From positions 11,782,001-11,846,000 of the forward strand of contig CM052832.1 of the NCBI GenBank assembly GCA_028534125.1: a DNA stretch of 64,000 nucleotides, in the 5' to 3' direction. Both the position numbers and the translations under genes were made by a program. The notes under the pieces are model-generated. The model worked only from the letters and a program-made list of their open reading frames with translations, ran no database searches and had not been told where the DNA came from. The stretch is from Lama glama (lineage: Eukaryota). Below are positions 23,306 through 37,370 of this stretch, in pieces; positions within the stretch are counted from its first letter, which is position 1; each line of letters begins with the position of its first letter.

Positions 23306-25989
23306 AGGCCAACTGGCTTGGATTTTATGAAACCTCAGATATAAAAGAGAGCAATTCTCCCATATTTAAAGGGCATGAAAATTTAATTATTTGTTTCTTC
23401 TTATGGTAAAAGTATAGTATATTATCATTACTATCTGGTTCCTGGCATCTTCCCATAGACAAAGGGAAATATATGTGTATGTACTCAAAACACAGGAGAA
23501 TCGGATAGATACAATTTAAATATTAATATATTTAAACACAGAGCTTTAAAATTTAAAGAGAAGAAAATGACAGTAAATTTCCATTCATACTAAGAAACTC
23601 AGAGTTCATTCTTGCTACCTGTTCTAGCCACAAACAAAAAGGGGGAAAGACCCCGTATCTGGGACTCTCAGGAGCTCTCTCCGCTCACCTCCAGCTTGAA
23701 TCCTCTCTGGAAACACGCTCTGCACCAGTGGCTGGGTGCCAACAGCACACACCAGTGCGGACACAACCCGCCCGCTCTTGGCTGGCCCTGGCCATGTTCA
23801 CCAGCGCTCCAGGGAAGGACCGATGGGTTTCACCTAAGAAAGCACTTTCATGGTGGGTGATTTTATTTTTTTATGAGGTGATCTGAAAATAGTCCTCAGG
23901 CTGTGGATGTGAAGATGAAGCCCTGACAAGCTGATCCATTTTGTGTAAGAGCTGGACAAGCTCTCCAGATCACGTCCCCACCACACCTTTTATTAGGCAC
24001 AGAATGCTGGGGCTGTACAGGTTCCATTTCTTTTTCTACAAGGTAACTTCATGTTTTGCAAAGGTAGGTAAGGCAGAAGGCTAGTTAGCTAGCGGTAATG
24101 GAGAACTGTATCTCTATATGCCTCAAAGCCCAAGGGCTTTCAGGAAAACTATCCCCATAAATGCCCTGAGATGAAGAATAAGAAGTATAATAGTCCATGA
24201 GTTTGGTCTCAAGTTACTTCTAGAAGAAAATTTCTCTTTGGGGTAAATGTGAGAAGCAACTTGTAACTGATCTTGTAGCTTTGTGGTTTGGGGGAGATTT
24301 CTAGGTCATCTCCGTCAGGTGGTTGAGTCAGGGTCGTGGATAATAGAAATGCAAAACAGCTGAAAAACAGAACGGTCTATAAAATAAACAACCATCTGAA
24401 GAGATACTGGTACACTATCACGTCCAAACCAGCCTAAATTTATATACATCTTTGCACGTGAAATGTCAATGAGCATAAATTGTTTAATAAAAATCTGAAA
24501 CTCAAAAGTCAGCTCATTCTAAAAGGAATACAATTAAATTCATCCTGCATAGAAATGAGTATGAAAGATGTGTTAAGATATTGGATAAATTTCAAAAGGT
24601 AGAAAAGAATGCATAACTGCTAATGAGTGAAAGAGTGAAAATAACTGTTTTTGACATTGAGGGTGTTGAATCTGCAGACTCCTTGGTACCTTATAAATCT
24701 AGACAATAAAATGTGAATAAACTATGCATTTTTATGGTTCCTGTCACCAAGGCATCTAAGGTCTTGGAAGAGATTTTCCTTATTTTACAGCATTTATTCA
24801 GCTGGATTTCCCCCACTACTTTAGGGATTCTGCTTTCTCAAGCAAGGATTGAGGAGAAAGACTCATGGCCCCCTTTCCCAAATTTCTCTCTTCCCTCAAA
24901 TGCATGGATGCTAACTTCAGACTTAGAAGAGTTAGCAGATTTCGATAAGCAGAGACATAGGGTTCTCCAACACAGTCCATTTACAGCCAGTAAGCCTACC
25001 CGGAAGCCAGGGTGCTGTTGTATGGGGTGGACAGTCAGGCGGGTTAGTAATTTAGGGTTCCTCTAGCCAGGGACATCCACACAGACTCAGCCAGTGAATC
25101 CTAGAGTCCACCCCTCCTCTGGCTAACTGTTGTCTCTGCACAAATGCACTCAAACCTCTCACCTGGGCTCCAGTCCACATGATACACTCTCCCCACTCAG
25201 GTGCATCCCAATGTCTTTCCCAATTCAACACACCCAAACCCAACTCTGCAATTCCCCCTCAAGTGCACTCCTGCTCCAACTCCTCCAACATCCCAGCTCC
25301 CAACCAGAAATAACAGGTAACCCTTTACTTCTTTTGTTTCACACAGAGCTTGGAGTCACTTCTCAATGGAGTGGGAAGGGTGGCTGGGAGACCAGAGGTA
25401 GGTTTTAGCTGGGGAGCTTCGTCCACTATTGCTTACTGCCTTCTAGTGGCTGGTGGGGGAACAGCGAGCGGTTGGAGCGCAGCCCTCCAGAAGGTTGGCT
25501 CAATTACCAGGAAGAGGGAGGTTGGGGTTACAGTCACTACGTATTTCAGAGACCAGAGAAGAGAAGAATCAAGCCTAGGACAAAGCTCACACAGGGACCG
25601 AGAAAACAACCAAATGTGGAGCTTCCGAACAGAGCCTACTGCCTGAGCAGGAGCCAGAAACGGGCCAGGGTCCCTGGAAAGCAGAGGAGGCTAGGGAAGA
25701 CCCAAGGATGAAGGGGGAAGTGAAGAATGAAGAGAGAAGAGAGCGGGGCCACAGACCTTACGGCCAGCTGGTTGCCTCCAGCAGAAACAAGCCTCCATTT
25801 GAGGCAGAGGCACAGCACGTTGTACCCGACCTCACTCAGTGTGACGAGAGACTGCAAGGTCCTGACAGTCCACTCCAGCAGGCCTGCCAGTGATGGCACG
25901 GAAGCCTCTGTGCAGAGTTGGGAAGACAGACTTGACAGAAAACAAAGAAGGCTCGCCCTTGTGAGAGTGTGAGATGTCTCTAAGAACAC

Positions 25990-26481
25990 CTTATTATCTA
26001 GTTGTGGCTTTTGAGCCGTGTTCATGTTTCACGTGTTTAAAACAATCAGCAAAAATGAAAAAAAAAAAAACCCTAAAGTGTAATACAAACAAATGAATGT
26101 ACCTATATATCACTTGGCAGCATAACCACACAGAAAAAACAGCCTGAGTGACTTGAACATAGTGCTCTGTCTACCCTCAGGGGGAAATATTCTGAGGACA
26201 AAAAGAACCGCAAAGAAATCTTCACCTCCACTTAGTACATTTGTTGTTGGTTGTGGTGCTGGTGGAGTAATCTAGAGCAAATGAGTCAACATACTGAAGT
26301 TGCTGGGAACCAGAGTGATCCTTATGGGAGAAAGGAGACAGCAACAGGGAAGGAGGGAGGACGAGGACAAGCCCTAATGCGTACAGTTGATACTGGAGTT
26401 ACTAGTACTAGCTCATGGGGTTTTTAAAAGTACATATTCCTGACCTCTGTCCACTCAGAGGGTCTGCAAGCGCACGCGCGT

Positions 26482-26519
<38 letters not shown>

Positions 26520-26740
26520 GGAGAGAGAGAGAGACAGACAGACAGAGAGAAATAGATGTGGTTATATTTGGCTATAGCTGTAGATACATAAATATACAGA
26601 TATAAATACCAAACATGAAAAAGCAAATGGAACAAGATGTTCACAATTGGTGAACCCGGGTGAAGGGCATATGGGTTTTCACTATACTTGTGGCTTTTCT
26701 GACGGCTTATAATAGTTCAGAATGAAAAGTCAAGAGAGAA
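25990..26740 (+). mobile_element. Ancient L1MC-like 3' fragment containing microsatellite
   Basis: cataaccacacagaaaa and caattggtgaacccgggtgaagggcatatggg motifs. Confidence 0.55.
26483..26549. repeat. Compound microsatellite (CA)n-(GA)n-(GACA)n
   Basis: About 17 CA units followed by gagagagagagagacagacagacaga. Confidence 0.95.
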
Positions 26741-27169
26741 AAATAGTTTGTCTTTATTATTGCCTCCCATCTGGATTACAATTTGGTTGCCCTTCTCCGA
26801 ACTTTTTCTAGCTCTGGTTTCTCTCTCTTGAGAGCTGGTGACCAAAACTGCCTGCGGTACTCCAGGCACAGGAATGCCATCCTTGTAAGTCAGGGTGAGA
26901 TGCTTTCACCTTTGTTCTATATACTCCTTGGTAGGATCCTGGAGTACCCACCAGGGTCAGATTCTCTGGGTACCAGCTGTCATGACTCCTTGGGTTCTGG
27001 CCAAGGATGGAATCAAAGTTTAGAGTCTTCCCATGTGAACCACTTCAATTACTAATTTATAAGTGCATTAAAACTTATTAGCTATTTTTCTGCCCACTTG
27101 CATGAACTCATGAATCTTTCTATAAACCATCCTCATTAGAGGAGGATACTAGGAGAATTTAGTATTGCC

Positions 27170-27790
27170 GACACAGTCAACAAATATTCCCTGAGCATCA
27201 GACACTGTAGAGCACCGGAGGCACAGCAGTAAAAGTAGACAAAAGTTTCAGACATAATGGAGCTTATGTTAACGATGGTAGATTGACGACTACAGATAAA
27301 TAAGTAAAAACAGAGTATGTCAGCGCGTGACACAATCTATAGGAAGAAAGGAGGCGAGGAGGATGGAGTCAGGGATGAGGGCTGGTTGGGGAGTGACATG
27401 CAATTTTAAAATAAGGCAGCCACGGAAGGCATCAGTGAAAAGGTGACATTTAAACAAAGACCAGAAGAGGTGGAAAGGTGAGCCACAATGATATCTAGGA
27501 GGAAGGATGTTCCAGGAAGTGCAGGTATCCTGTGGTGGGAGCCATCTGGCCTGAGTGACAGGAAGCTAGCGGAAGCTGGAGCTGAGTGGCACGAGTGAGG
27601 GAGAAGGCAGGTGGAGATCCGGCCAAGAGGCAGGAGGCAGATGGGCCTCATAGGTCACCTGTTGGTCATTGTCAGCCTGTGACCTGGACTTGGAGTGAGA
27701 CAGGAGCTTTATCATTTCCTTCCAATGTGAGACAGACTGTTCTGGGCAGAGAGGTGACGTGGTTTGACTCACATTTCTAAAGTCTTAGCT
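27170..27790 (-). mobile_element. L2 fragment
   Basis: caacaaatattccctgagcatc, aaggtgacatttaaacaaagacc, gctggagctgagtg motifs. Confidence 0.65.
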
Positions 27791-28804
27791 AAAGTGAAAC
27801 TCCTCTGTGTGCTCTCTTTCAGATACTGTTTAAGTTGATTCTCAAACAGGTCTCAGAGGAAACCTTTTTATTTCTCCACTTCTTTCTTGCCTCCTGCTAA
27901 CTTATGACAGCCTCTTCAGATAACAACTAAAGCCACCACCACAGAGTCATTGTGGTTCTGTCGCAGCGTCAGAAATGAGTGTTGGCCATCCGTGGGTCTC
28001 TGGGGTCCCATGCCCACGTCTTTGAAGATGAAAAGAGGTGTGGGAGAGATTAGAAGCCACGGAGAAGTGAGAATGAATGTGGGTGACAAAGAAGCCAGGA
28101 GGCCACGCCTTGTGCTGGGGTAGGGTGCAAGCTCAGGGTGGAGAGACAGTGCAGTGGGAGCAAACGGGACTCTGGGATGCCTGGTAAGGGCTGAAAACCA
28201 GAAGGTGGAAATGTCTGCGCCCATCGCAGAACTGTCAGAAGTGCCACAGCAGGTGGGTGACCAGCAGAGGGGCACAGGGTACTCCTCCCAGGCATCACAG
28301 CTTGGGGGCTGCCCCAGGACTCCTGTCGCTTCCATTTCCTGAAACCACTCTGCTGGACATAACTTTGCGGTCTTAGGTTGATGAGCCAGAGTCATGACCA
28401 CCCAGAGGAGGCTCTCAGCTGGGGCTTCGTGGAGCCCTCTCTGCAGAGGTGAGTGGTCTCCTTTTCAGGTACAGGTCTCTGGAGGGATGGGGGTGAGACC
28501 TCATCCAAAGAACGTGTTTGAGAAGGGGCATTTCTTATCTCTTCACTCACTGCCTCTTCCTGCCGTGGCCAGAGCAGGGGCCTCACCCTGAGCTGAGACC
28601 CCCAGCCTCTCCTCCTGGGCTCTGCATCTGTGTCCTGTGTTCCTGCGCTGGCTGCACTGTGCCCACCATGAACAGTTATTTACAGAAGGATGTAGGTGGG
28701 CAAGTAAGGGGAAAGGGGTGATAAAGGAGAGGATCAAGCAGAAATACAATTCCTCCTCCTCCTCTCTCTTCCCTTCTGGCCCTTTTAGATTCTGTTCATG
28801 ACCA

Positions 28805-28958
28805 TTTTTTTTCGGAGGGGGGAGGTAATTAGGTATATATATGTGTGTGTGTGTATATATGTACACAAACATATGTATGTTTTAATGGAGGTACTGGGGA
28901 TTGAACCTAGGACCTCATGCATGCTAAGCATGCTCTACCACTGAGCTATACCCTCCCC
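28805..28958 (-). mobile_element. tRNA-derived SINE, long-tail form with internal (TA)/(TG) microsatellite
   Basis: gtactggggattgaacctaggacctcatgcatgctaagcatgctctaccactgagctataccctcccc; flanking direct repeat atgaccatt (28798-28806 and 28963-28971). Confidence 0.9.
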
Positions 28959-29328
28959 AACTATGACCATTATTTTTAATGGAATTTTTGTGGTAAAAGG
29001 CAAAGAGCTGGGAGGCTACTGTCCTACCTGTGGAGAGCATCAATACCAATAATACCAAGTGGTTTTATGACACGACAGAGGAGAAGGAATCGATGCATAA
29101 ATTAGAGCTTTAACATTGTCATAAACTCCGGAGCATCAGGATTTAGTGATGGGAGAGCAGGCCAAGATATGACAAAACTGTAATTGGGAGACAGGAAGCA
29201 ACACTATTTTTCACAGTAAAATAAAAAGAAGGGAAAGGAGACAGATTAAGAGAGAAAATGAAATGCATAGTCTTTGCCAGGCTGGGTTACAAACGATCCT
29301 TTCAAATTAAAAAATGCCAGGAACTTAC

Positions 29329-29489
29329 GTGATATCAGCATTAGGGTGAAGCCCAAAGACTTCGGGGTTATCTAGGGATGGCAATGACTGGATATATTCA
29401 AAATACTGGTCCAAGGTTTTGCACAAGGGGATTTTATATCCCGTATAAAAACAGAACGATGGTTCAAACATCTTCTCACTGAACCAGAC
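29329..29489 (-). CDS. DNAH8: DNAH8 coding exon 15/20
   Basis: atatag|GTC ... AC|gtaagt; 161 nt; [21 protein letters not shown]...[18 protein letters not shown](T). Confidence 0.94.
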
Positions 29490-30519
29490 CTATATGGAAG
29501 AGAAAACAGGAGGAATAAAATTGATGAACATCTAAATGAAAACCAAAAACTGCCACTATCGAGGTGATGGGGTCTTCTTATTTCCATTTTAATTGCTTTT
29601 TATATTGGGTTTGAAAGTACCTCAACAAAACCACTATAATTATATACGTATTAAGTATAATTTTACATATATTAACAAAAGAGAGAGGCCACAACAAAAA
29701 AAATAACAAACTTGGGTCTCTGTTTAACACCAAAGAAGATACTTGCTAAGGGTGAAGAGGAGAGAGCCAGCGTGCAAACCCACTATCTGCGCCATAATTT
29801 GATGACCTTAGAGCCCACTTTTGAAGAGGATTGGGAAAGTACTGTAGAGCAGGTGAAGCAATAACTACACACAGGAGAGCATGACTGGCATTTTCACTGC
29901 CTCCTTTCTCCCCCAAACAGGGGCTCATGCTGGGCGGGTGCAGGGGCAGTGAGGCAGTGGGTGGCTATGCTCATGCTCAGCGTAGCTCTGAGTGCCATAC
30001 ACGACCAGGAAAACTTCTTGCAGACGTCTGGCCCCCAACCGAGCTGGAGCACTCCTTCTGTTAATTAAGTTATGTCCCTGGCCACCAAGCAAATATATCT
30101 AACCATCTTATTGTTTGCCTTAAGACATCCCTTTCTCATTCCATATGAATTGATTACTTATAAGGTAACAGCAAGAGAACAAATGTATACTTGGTGTGCA
30201 GACTTATTCTGAAGAGGACAAAAAAATAATGCTGAATGTCTGTGAGCCTGATTTGAGGCAACGACTTTATGTCAATTGGAGTGATTCTCTGAGTAGCGAG
30301 GGAAGTACTGGGATGATGGGAGGAGCAGAACTGCAGGCAGGATGTCCGAGTCACTCAGAGGACTCCAAGTGAAAAGAGATGGGGATTGTGCCTTCCTTTG
30401 GGTGGTCACACTTTCTCTAGTGTCCTCCCTCCATTTCCTTCTTCCAGCTTAATTTAGGTCCAGTGATTGCTCTGAAATACCCTGTGTACTGGTTCTCCCT
30501 TCCCTTACTCACTGCAGTT

Positions 30520-31090
30520 CTACCCTATTCAACTCCTGTGCACCAGGCACTGCTCTGAGAACAGGAACAGAATGCAAAGATGAGACACACACAGTCCTTT
30601 CCTTCAAGGAGCTTGTGACCCAGTAGAGGGATAAGCCAATCACATAATAACCACGATACAAAGTGCGCTAAGTTAAGAGCCAGAGGAAATAAAAATAAGC
30701 AAAGTTCCTACGGAGGCTTAAAGCAAGAAGAAAAAATAGCCAGATGGATGTCAGGTAAAGCTTTATCTAGGAGGTGATTTTGGAGATAAGCCTTGTAGGA
30801 TAGGATTTTGTCAAAGGAACTTGCAACCGGGGAGACCCCACAAGCAAAGGCATAGAATGATGCAAAACTGTGAGGCACATTGGGTAAGTGATGAAATCAT
30901 TATATTTAAGAGGTAGGACAGGAAAGGTGAAGTGAGGTCATATTATGGATGCCTATGGATGTCAAGGTGAGGACTGGTGTTTAACTTAAGAAATGGGGAG
31001 CAGTTGAAAGTTATTAAAATACAGTGCTATGATTAGGGTCATTATTTACAAAGATTGGGTTTTTAGTGATGTGGATGACTAGGAAGGCAA
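30520..31090 (-). mobile_element. L2 fragment
   Basis: tgtgcaccaggcactgctctgag, cagtcctttccttcaaggagctt, aatggggagc motifs. Confidence 0.6.
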
Positions 31091-33229
31091 AGGCCATGGG
31101 GTCTTCAGCACACAGACAACAAATGATCACACTGAATTCTGTGTTGCCAGATGACATATGTCTATAAAAGCAAAATGAAGTTTCTTCTTATTTTTCCATT
31201 ACCTTATTTATATAAATACAAATAACTGGATTCGAAAACATAAAAACAGTTGAGTCTCACCGAATTTGGAAGACATTTTTGGAATAATTAAAATATAGAA
31301 GATGAAGTCTACATGGAATTACTTTGGGAGACTCTAGAAGGTAACCTACGAAGATAAGCAGTCATCCTCCAAGGACAATGAATAAGGTTCTACAATCACT
31401 GGCTTTAAGGGAGACACACTGTAAGATGCTGAGAACAGAGAAAACAAACAGGGTTCAAAGATAAGCCCCAAACTGAAAGTTATAGGGACAGAGGATCCGA
31501 TTTGAAGGCACTGCTTTACAATTGAAGTGATTTTCATTCAGGCAACTCTGGGCAACATGGTCAGGGCAAAGTGGCAGAGGCTGGAAGGTAAGACCGAGGC
31601 TGAGATTGACATAAGGCAGGATACGGGGCCCACGGTGCTTTTCTGCAGCCTTCCTCAAGAAGGTTTCTGCTGCCAAGTTCACACAGTGACTTCATGTCCA
31701 AACTCACCTCTCTGGTTACTGAAGGGCCATCTGGAACAGGTCCAAGCTAGACAGAGGAATGAATGACTGAAGAGAATGAACAGGTGAGGCAGGAGGCTGG
31801 AGAGGGTGGAGGATGAAATGCAGATTCAGCGGGAATAAGGGAATGGTGCAGCTCAAAGCACTGAAGGTGGAGCAACTCTAAGGAAAGTGGGGAGGGGAAG
31901 GGGAGAAGAAGAGAGAAAAGAAGAGGGGGAGATGCAATAAGCCTGGGGGAGCTGTCTAGGGGTAAAAGAATAGAAAGACAGTGGGATTAACTTTTCATTT
32001 AGGGCAGTAATTGCTGAGAACAGAGCTCAGAGGAGCCAGAATCGGGTGGCATAAGAGAGAAACACCCAGGTGGAGAGGGAGCCGCTGTTACTCAGGAGCA
32101 GCCAACGCACTGGGGTCCGATGAGAACTCTGTGCTTCCAGACCAGAAGGGCCACAGGACCAAGACGATCGTCCCGCCTTCCCCCAGGACAGACTCAGGCC
32201 CAGAGGATGGAGAATTCTAGGCTTCCAAGACGGGGGTTGGGGTCCGCTGACTAGTCTTATTGGGGTATACAGAAGAAGTCGAGGAGGAGGAGACACAGGT
32301 TAGGGTCAGGCGGAGGACCTGCCCAGCATGAGATCTGGAAGATGAAGCAGTCTGAGTGACAGATGCTTCTTCCTCTCCTCCCCTTTGCCCAGGCTCAGCC
32401 ATTTGCCTTGAGCGACCAATTAACCACAGGCAGCTCTCAGCTCTGATCCAGACAACAGGCTCTGGTAGGAGAGCAAGGAGGTCTCTTAGAAATTTCTTTC
32501 ACTTTGCCAGCCAACGGCAGGGTTCTTGCCAATTCTGGGTAAGGCAGTTTCAATAAAACAGACAAATTGACTAAGACAGTTGGCTAATTAGGACTTTTCT
32601 TGAATCCTACTTTTTAGAAAATGAGTTGAAGCATATATATGTTTTTTTAGAAGCTGATATAAAGGGTTGTAAAAAAATTATACCTAATTTTCAGGCTGTG
32701 CTCTGAGGTCAGTAAAAATTCAATCCAATCTATGCTATTTTAGACGACATTAACCCGGGGCACATGAAATTCTCAATCTGCTGAGATTAAATTACGTGAA
32801 TCATCCACAAATACGTATTGAGTGTACCCTAGGCACTGGAGAGACCTGGACGACTTGTTTCTTATTTCAGTGGGTTTACAGTCTAGTGGAGGAGGCAGAA
32901 CACATGTGTGAGGATTACAAATTCCCTCTCCCACTCATCAAGGCAACCTTCTCCAGTCTCTTCAAATGTCCCAAACTTGCCCTCCCCTCCTCTCAGCTGA
33001 TGACCTGCATCCCCTCGGCCAGAGATGCTTCTAATTTCACTCTGAACACGGAGACAGCCAGAAGAAAACGACCTCATCTTCCCCTGTCAAATCTACCAGT
33101 CTCTGTACCCACGTCCTTCTCCCATCACAAGGCATGGGCTGCCCTCCTCCTATCAGCAGGAGAGGAGGACAATGTAAGGATGGTTTGCAAAACAACCAGC
33201 ACACGGGTTTGGTAAATCTAAATCAGCAC

Positions 33230-34720
33230 TGGCTGTAAAAACTATCAAAATGAGTAAGCGAGGTAAGGGATGAAAATAAGGTGGAACCAAAATGCCTAGA
33301 ACAGTAATATGGAAGATGATGGTCAGAGGGCTCAGAATTAAACCCTGCAAGATATGGTTAAATTTAACTTAAGTAACTGTGTCAGAAACGTAAGGGCTAG
33401 AAATAGAGTACGTAATTTTCAAGCCAGTAAAGAGAAGTAAAAATACACTGAAAAAAAAGAGAGCAAGAAAGATGGGGGGAAAAGGCCAAGAAAATTATGC
33501 TTAATGAAAACCACAAAGTAACATAGAAGAAATAAATCAAAACATAGCAGTAATCTTAACAACAGTGAAATGATTAATTTGCTCATTAACATACAAAGAC
33601 CACCCCCTAAATTGGATATTAAAAATTCTAGCTATTTACTATTTGTAAGAAATAAATTTAAAACATAATGACAGAGAAAAAGTTGAAGTAAAAGAAAAAG
33701 AAAGATGATATAGCAGGTATATTAAAATTAAGTATTTCTAATCATCAAAAGATCAATAAGAGAGTGAAAAGGCAAGGCATAGAAGAACGGAAAAAGTTAT
33801 TTGCAGCCACATAATCAACAAAGAACTTGTATCCAGAATATGCAAGAAAATTCTTACACCACTTCCACCCCTCCTTTTTTTAAAATGGAGGTACTGGGGA
33901 TTGAACCCAAGACCTCATGCATGCCAAGCACACACTCTGTCACTGAGCTATGCTCTCACTCTGTAAACCATTTTTTTTTCAAAAAAAACAGCCCAAGAGA
34001 AATAGCAGCAAGAATATAAAGCAAGTCACAAACAAGAAAATAAAAACAGTAAATAAGCATGTGAGGGTGTCAAACTCCATTAGTATTTAGAGAACTAAAA
34101 ATTAAAACCAAATTAAGATACCATTATACCCACTGGAATGGGTAACACTAAAGAGACTAATATCCAGTGTTAGTGAGGATGTGGAGAAACAGGATATCTC
34201 ATACCTCAATTTGGAAGCCAGATTGATGTGATCAACTAAAATAGGAAAAACACAAACTCTGTAACTTAGCAATTCCATTCCTAATAGAAAGATATATTCA
34301 TGTGTGCCAAGACATCTGTAAAAAAAAAATGATCCCAGTAGCATCATTTATAATAGCTCCAAATGGCAACAATCCTAATTTCCACCAATACAATCCAGTG
34401 GAATACTATACAGTAAGGAAAATGAGTACATTGCTGCAACATGGATGATCCCCAAAACATCATACTGAGAAAATGAAAGCAGACACAAAGAAAACACACT
34501 CTATGATCCCATTTATATAAAAGTTTAAGAGATGGCAAAATCAAACTACATTATAAGAAGTACATACCTAGATGGTAAAAGTATAGTGAGAAAGAAATAG
34601 TTTCTATAAAACTGGTTACACTGAGGGAATGAGAAATTGTGATGGAGAAGGGGCATGCACGAGTCTTGGGGAGATGGAAACATTTTAAGCCTATTGAGGA
34701 ATGTATATTGCTTCTTTAAC
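33230..34720 (+). mobile_element. Ancient L1M (degenerate ORF2 and 3' pieces)
   Basis: A-rich; agagtgaaaaggcaag, gataccattatacccac, gtgaggatgtggagaaac, agcaattccattccta motifs. Confidence 0.7.
33875..33960 (-). mobile_element. tRNA-derived SINE, short form, nested in old L1
   Basis: ggaggtactggggattgaacccaagacctcatgcatgccaagcacacactctgtcactgagcta. Confidence 0.85.
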
Positions 34721-35313
34721 ACATAAAAATTTTAAGAGTAATCTGAGTCTAGTAGATGTACTTATACTATTCATCCTTGCTGTGAAAGCCAGAATTACAA
34801 GAGATAATATTGTCTAGAAAATGTTTATCAATGTGATATGCAGGTCTCACTGGGCACAGAGAAACAAATGAACACTTCATCAATTTTCAATTGTCTGTCC
34901 TAATGGAAAGAGATGAGAAAAGTCAACTTTCGGCTTATTCTCCAATCATTTATCTCGGGGCCCCAAAACACCATGAGACTTGCACTCAGAGGAAAAGCCA
35001 GAGATACTACACCTAGTGTTTTCGTAGACGAGGAGGTGGGGAGATACCATGGACATGAGCAGCTAATCTATACAGGAGAGGATTCGTGGATCATTGACAG
35101 CTGACTTTTGCTCTGTTCTGGACCACAAGTAGATTGCTAGTTAGTTTGGGTTTGGTTTGGTTTGGTTGGCTGATTCTTTTCAGCATCTCTGTTCTAGATT
35201 TTTTTCCCCTTAAGTTTGGCTTACATATTACAAACCAAAAATATTCTTGTTTAATAGAAAGATGCAACAAGATGTGTCTCCATGCTTTTTTTTTTCTCTC
35301 TAAATTGACTTAC

Positions 35314-35415
35314 TCTAGCAAAGCAATTGAGCAGACGTTTATCAAAGTCATCGGTGACTCTGCCTCCATATTGTACTTCTCCAATCATGTACCGAACAGT
35401 ACTCCACGACACACC
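35314..35415 (-). CDS. DNAH8: DNAH8 coding exon 14/20 (AAA6 lid)
   Basis: aataaag|GGT ... AGA|gtaagt; 102 nt; [34 protein letters not shown]. Confidence 0.95.
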
Positions 35416-36369
35416 CTTTATTAAAAATAAAAAAGGATTATTCATTGTCAATCCAAACAAATAATTCTAAACATTTCTGGTCTGGAAGAAAGCTCTGGAA
35501 AAGGAAGCACTAGCTAGACTGCATTTAAAATTACTCATTATCTTATATAAATAATTCTTTTGCTCTTTCATGACTGGAACTGCTATGGTTTGTTCACCAA
35601 AGAAAAATCTACAAGACTAAACATTGGTGAATATATTGCTCACTGATTATTTAAAATAGGGGGGGAAAGGCTATTTTTCAGTCTGTGGATATAATTACCT
35701 ATAATACTCATTACAATGATGCCAAACTGCTAGAGAACAAAAAGTCACGTTTAGTGAAGAAAGGAGAAAAATCAGGTAATCAACATTTTAATATGCTTTC
35801 TTAGTAATATATTTTCTGAACAACTGAATATATATTTTCTGAGAACTACTAGGAAATTATTCATTCACAAGATTTTCCTACAGTGCAATCCTTTCCTGTC
35901 TCATTATATGAGCTCTGACTACATCAAAGTATTCATTAATTTCCATAGCAATCTTACACTAGCAACACATTTCTGATAGTAGTTTTTTATTAAGAAAAAA
36001 CATTTCAACACATTTGGGATAGGAGACGTAACGATGCTTGACTTTTATTTACTTTCTTTTGGTTAAAATGTTATTTTTCAGCTTCATTGACTTTCAAAGC
36101 AACTATTTCAAGGTAACTGTCATCTGTATATACCTAAATGATAAATAATCACAGAATATGAACCCATATAATTTTTCATCAAAATGTCACACTCAATTTA
36201 ATATCCCTTTGTAATTTCTGGGGAAAATGATGGTCTGATTCTAGATTTCCCCCCTACTAAGACAGAAATCCATTATGTCCCACCATCATCCAACTGATAA
36301 CTGTAGTATCTAGGATTACCTTCAAGATGTACCATGAGAAGGAAGAGAGGGAGACATGCCAGGAAACCT

Positions 36370-36510
36370 GTATTTACTGAGCCCTTACTAAGCACCGTAC
36401 ACTGTGCTTTCACAAATGCTGACTCATTTACTCCTCACGGAAACCATGGCCATGTTATAGATGAGGAAACGGGCCCTGAGAGGCTCATGCACTTGCTCAA
36501 GATCATAGAA
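36370..36510 (-). mobile_element. MIR fragment
   Basis: ctcatttactcctcac...atagatgaggaaac...cacttgctcaagatcatag. Confidence 0.65.
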
Positions 36511-36579
36511 GAAAACAAGATTGCCAACTTCTTACGACACACGTGTGAAAGGGCAGCTGGGTGTGTGCTCTTGCGTGCT

Positions 36580-36750
36580 TAGCTGAGGAACTCCCTTGTC
36601 CTCTCTTGTCTAGTACCTCATCAGTAAAATGGGGATACTAGTAATGCCTTCTGTATCCACCTCGCCGAGTTGTGGAAATAAAAATGAGACCCCGCACACA
36701 TGAGCACTTTGAAAACAGTGAAGTGCTACACATGGACCAGTGGCCGTTGT
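36580..36750 (+). mobile_element. MIR fragment
   Basis: cctcatcagtaaaatggggatactagtaatgcc...agcactttgaaaac. Confidence 0.6.
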
Positions 36751-37253
36751 TAGAAAAATTATTGCTCTTTACTGCATGAACTTAACTGTCTGTTAAGATG
36801 AGACTTCAGGTTCAAAAGAACTTTCACGAGGACTGGGAGGTAATTTTCTCACTTCTGAGGATTCTGAGGAAGCGTGAGTGAGATGAAGGAAGGCATGCTT
36901 GATTTAAGGTGTACATTCTCTTGGGGTGCACTGAGGCGCTTGGGTGTGATACGAGGGAGGCTGTGGGGTTTCTCACCAATGCTCTGCCTCTGTTGTGCAG
37001 GTGCAAAGCAGAGCGAGAAGGGTGGGGCGGGGGACACAGGTGTGAGATGGAGGGTCCCAGTGCACTCCCACGGACAATAGGGGTGTGAGTGGAAACAGCT
37101 GGACCAGTAAACAGGTGACTGGAATGAGCAGTCCCTTTTGGGGAGGTGGAGGGGACCTCAGCAGGGTCACTGCATATCATAGACTGGGAATATCTGTAGA
37201 ACCTTGATGTAAGGACAGCAGTAAAAATACAAGAAAGAAACAATTTCACTCAC

Positions 37254-37370
37254 TTTTTTAATATCACATTCATCAAGGTGATTCTGAATAAACTGAACAC
37301 TGGCTGTAAAGTCAGCAGAATTGAATTCATAGGGAATATTCCATCCTAACGGACCAAATTTGCGTCGCTC
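37254..37370 (-). CDS. DNAH8: DNAH8 coding exon 13/20 (late AAA6)
   Basis: ttttaag|GAG ... AAA|gtgagt; 117 nt; [39 protein letters not shown], a hallmark dynein motif; not in the ORF track. Confidence 0.95.
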
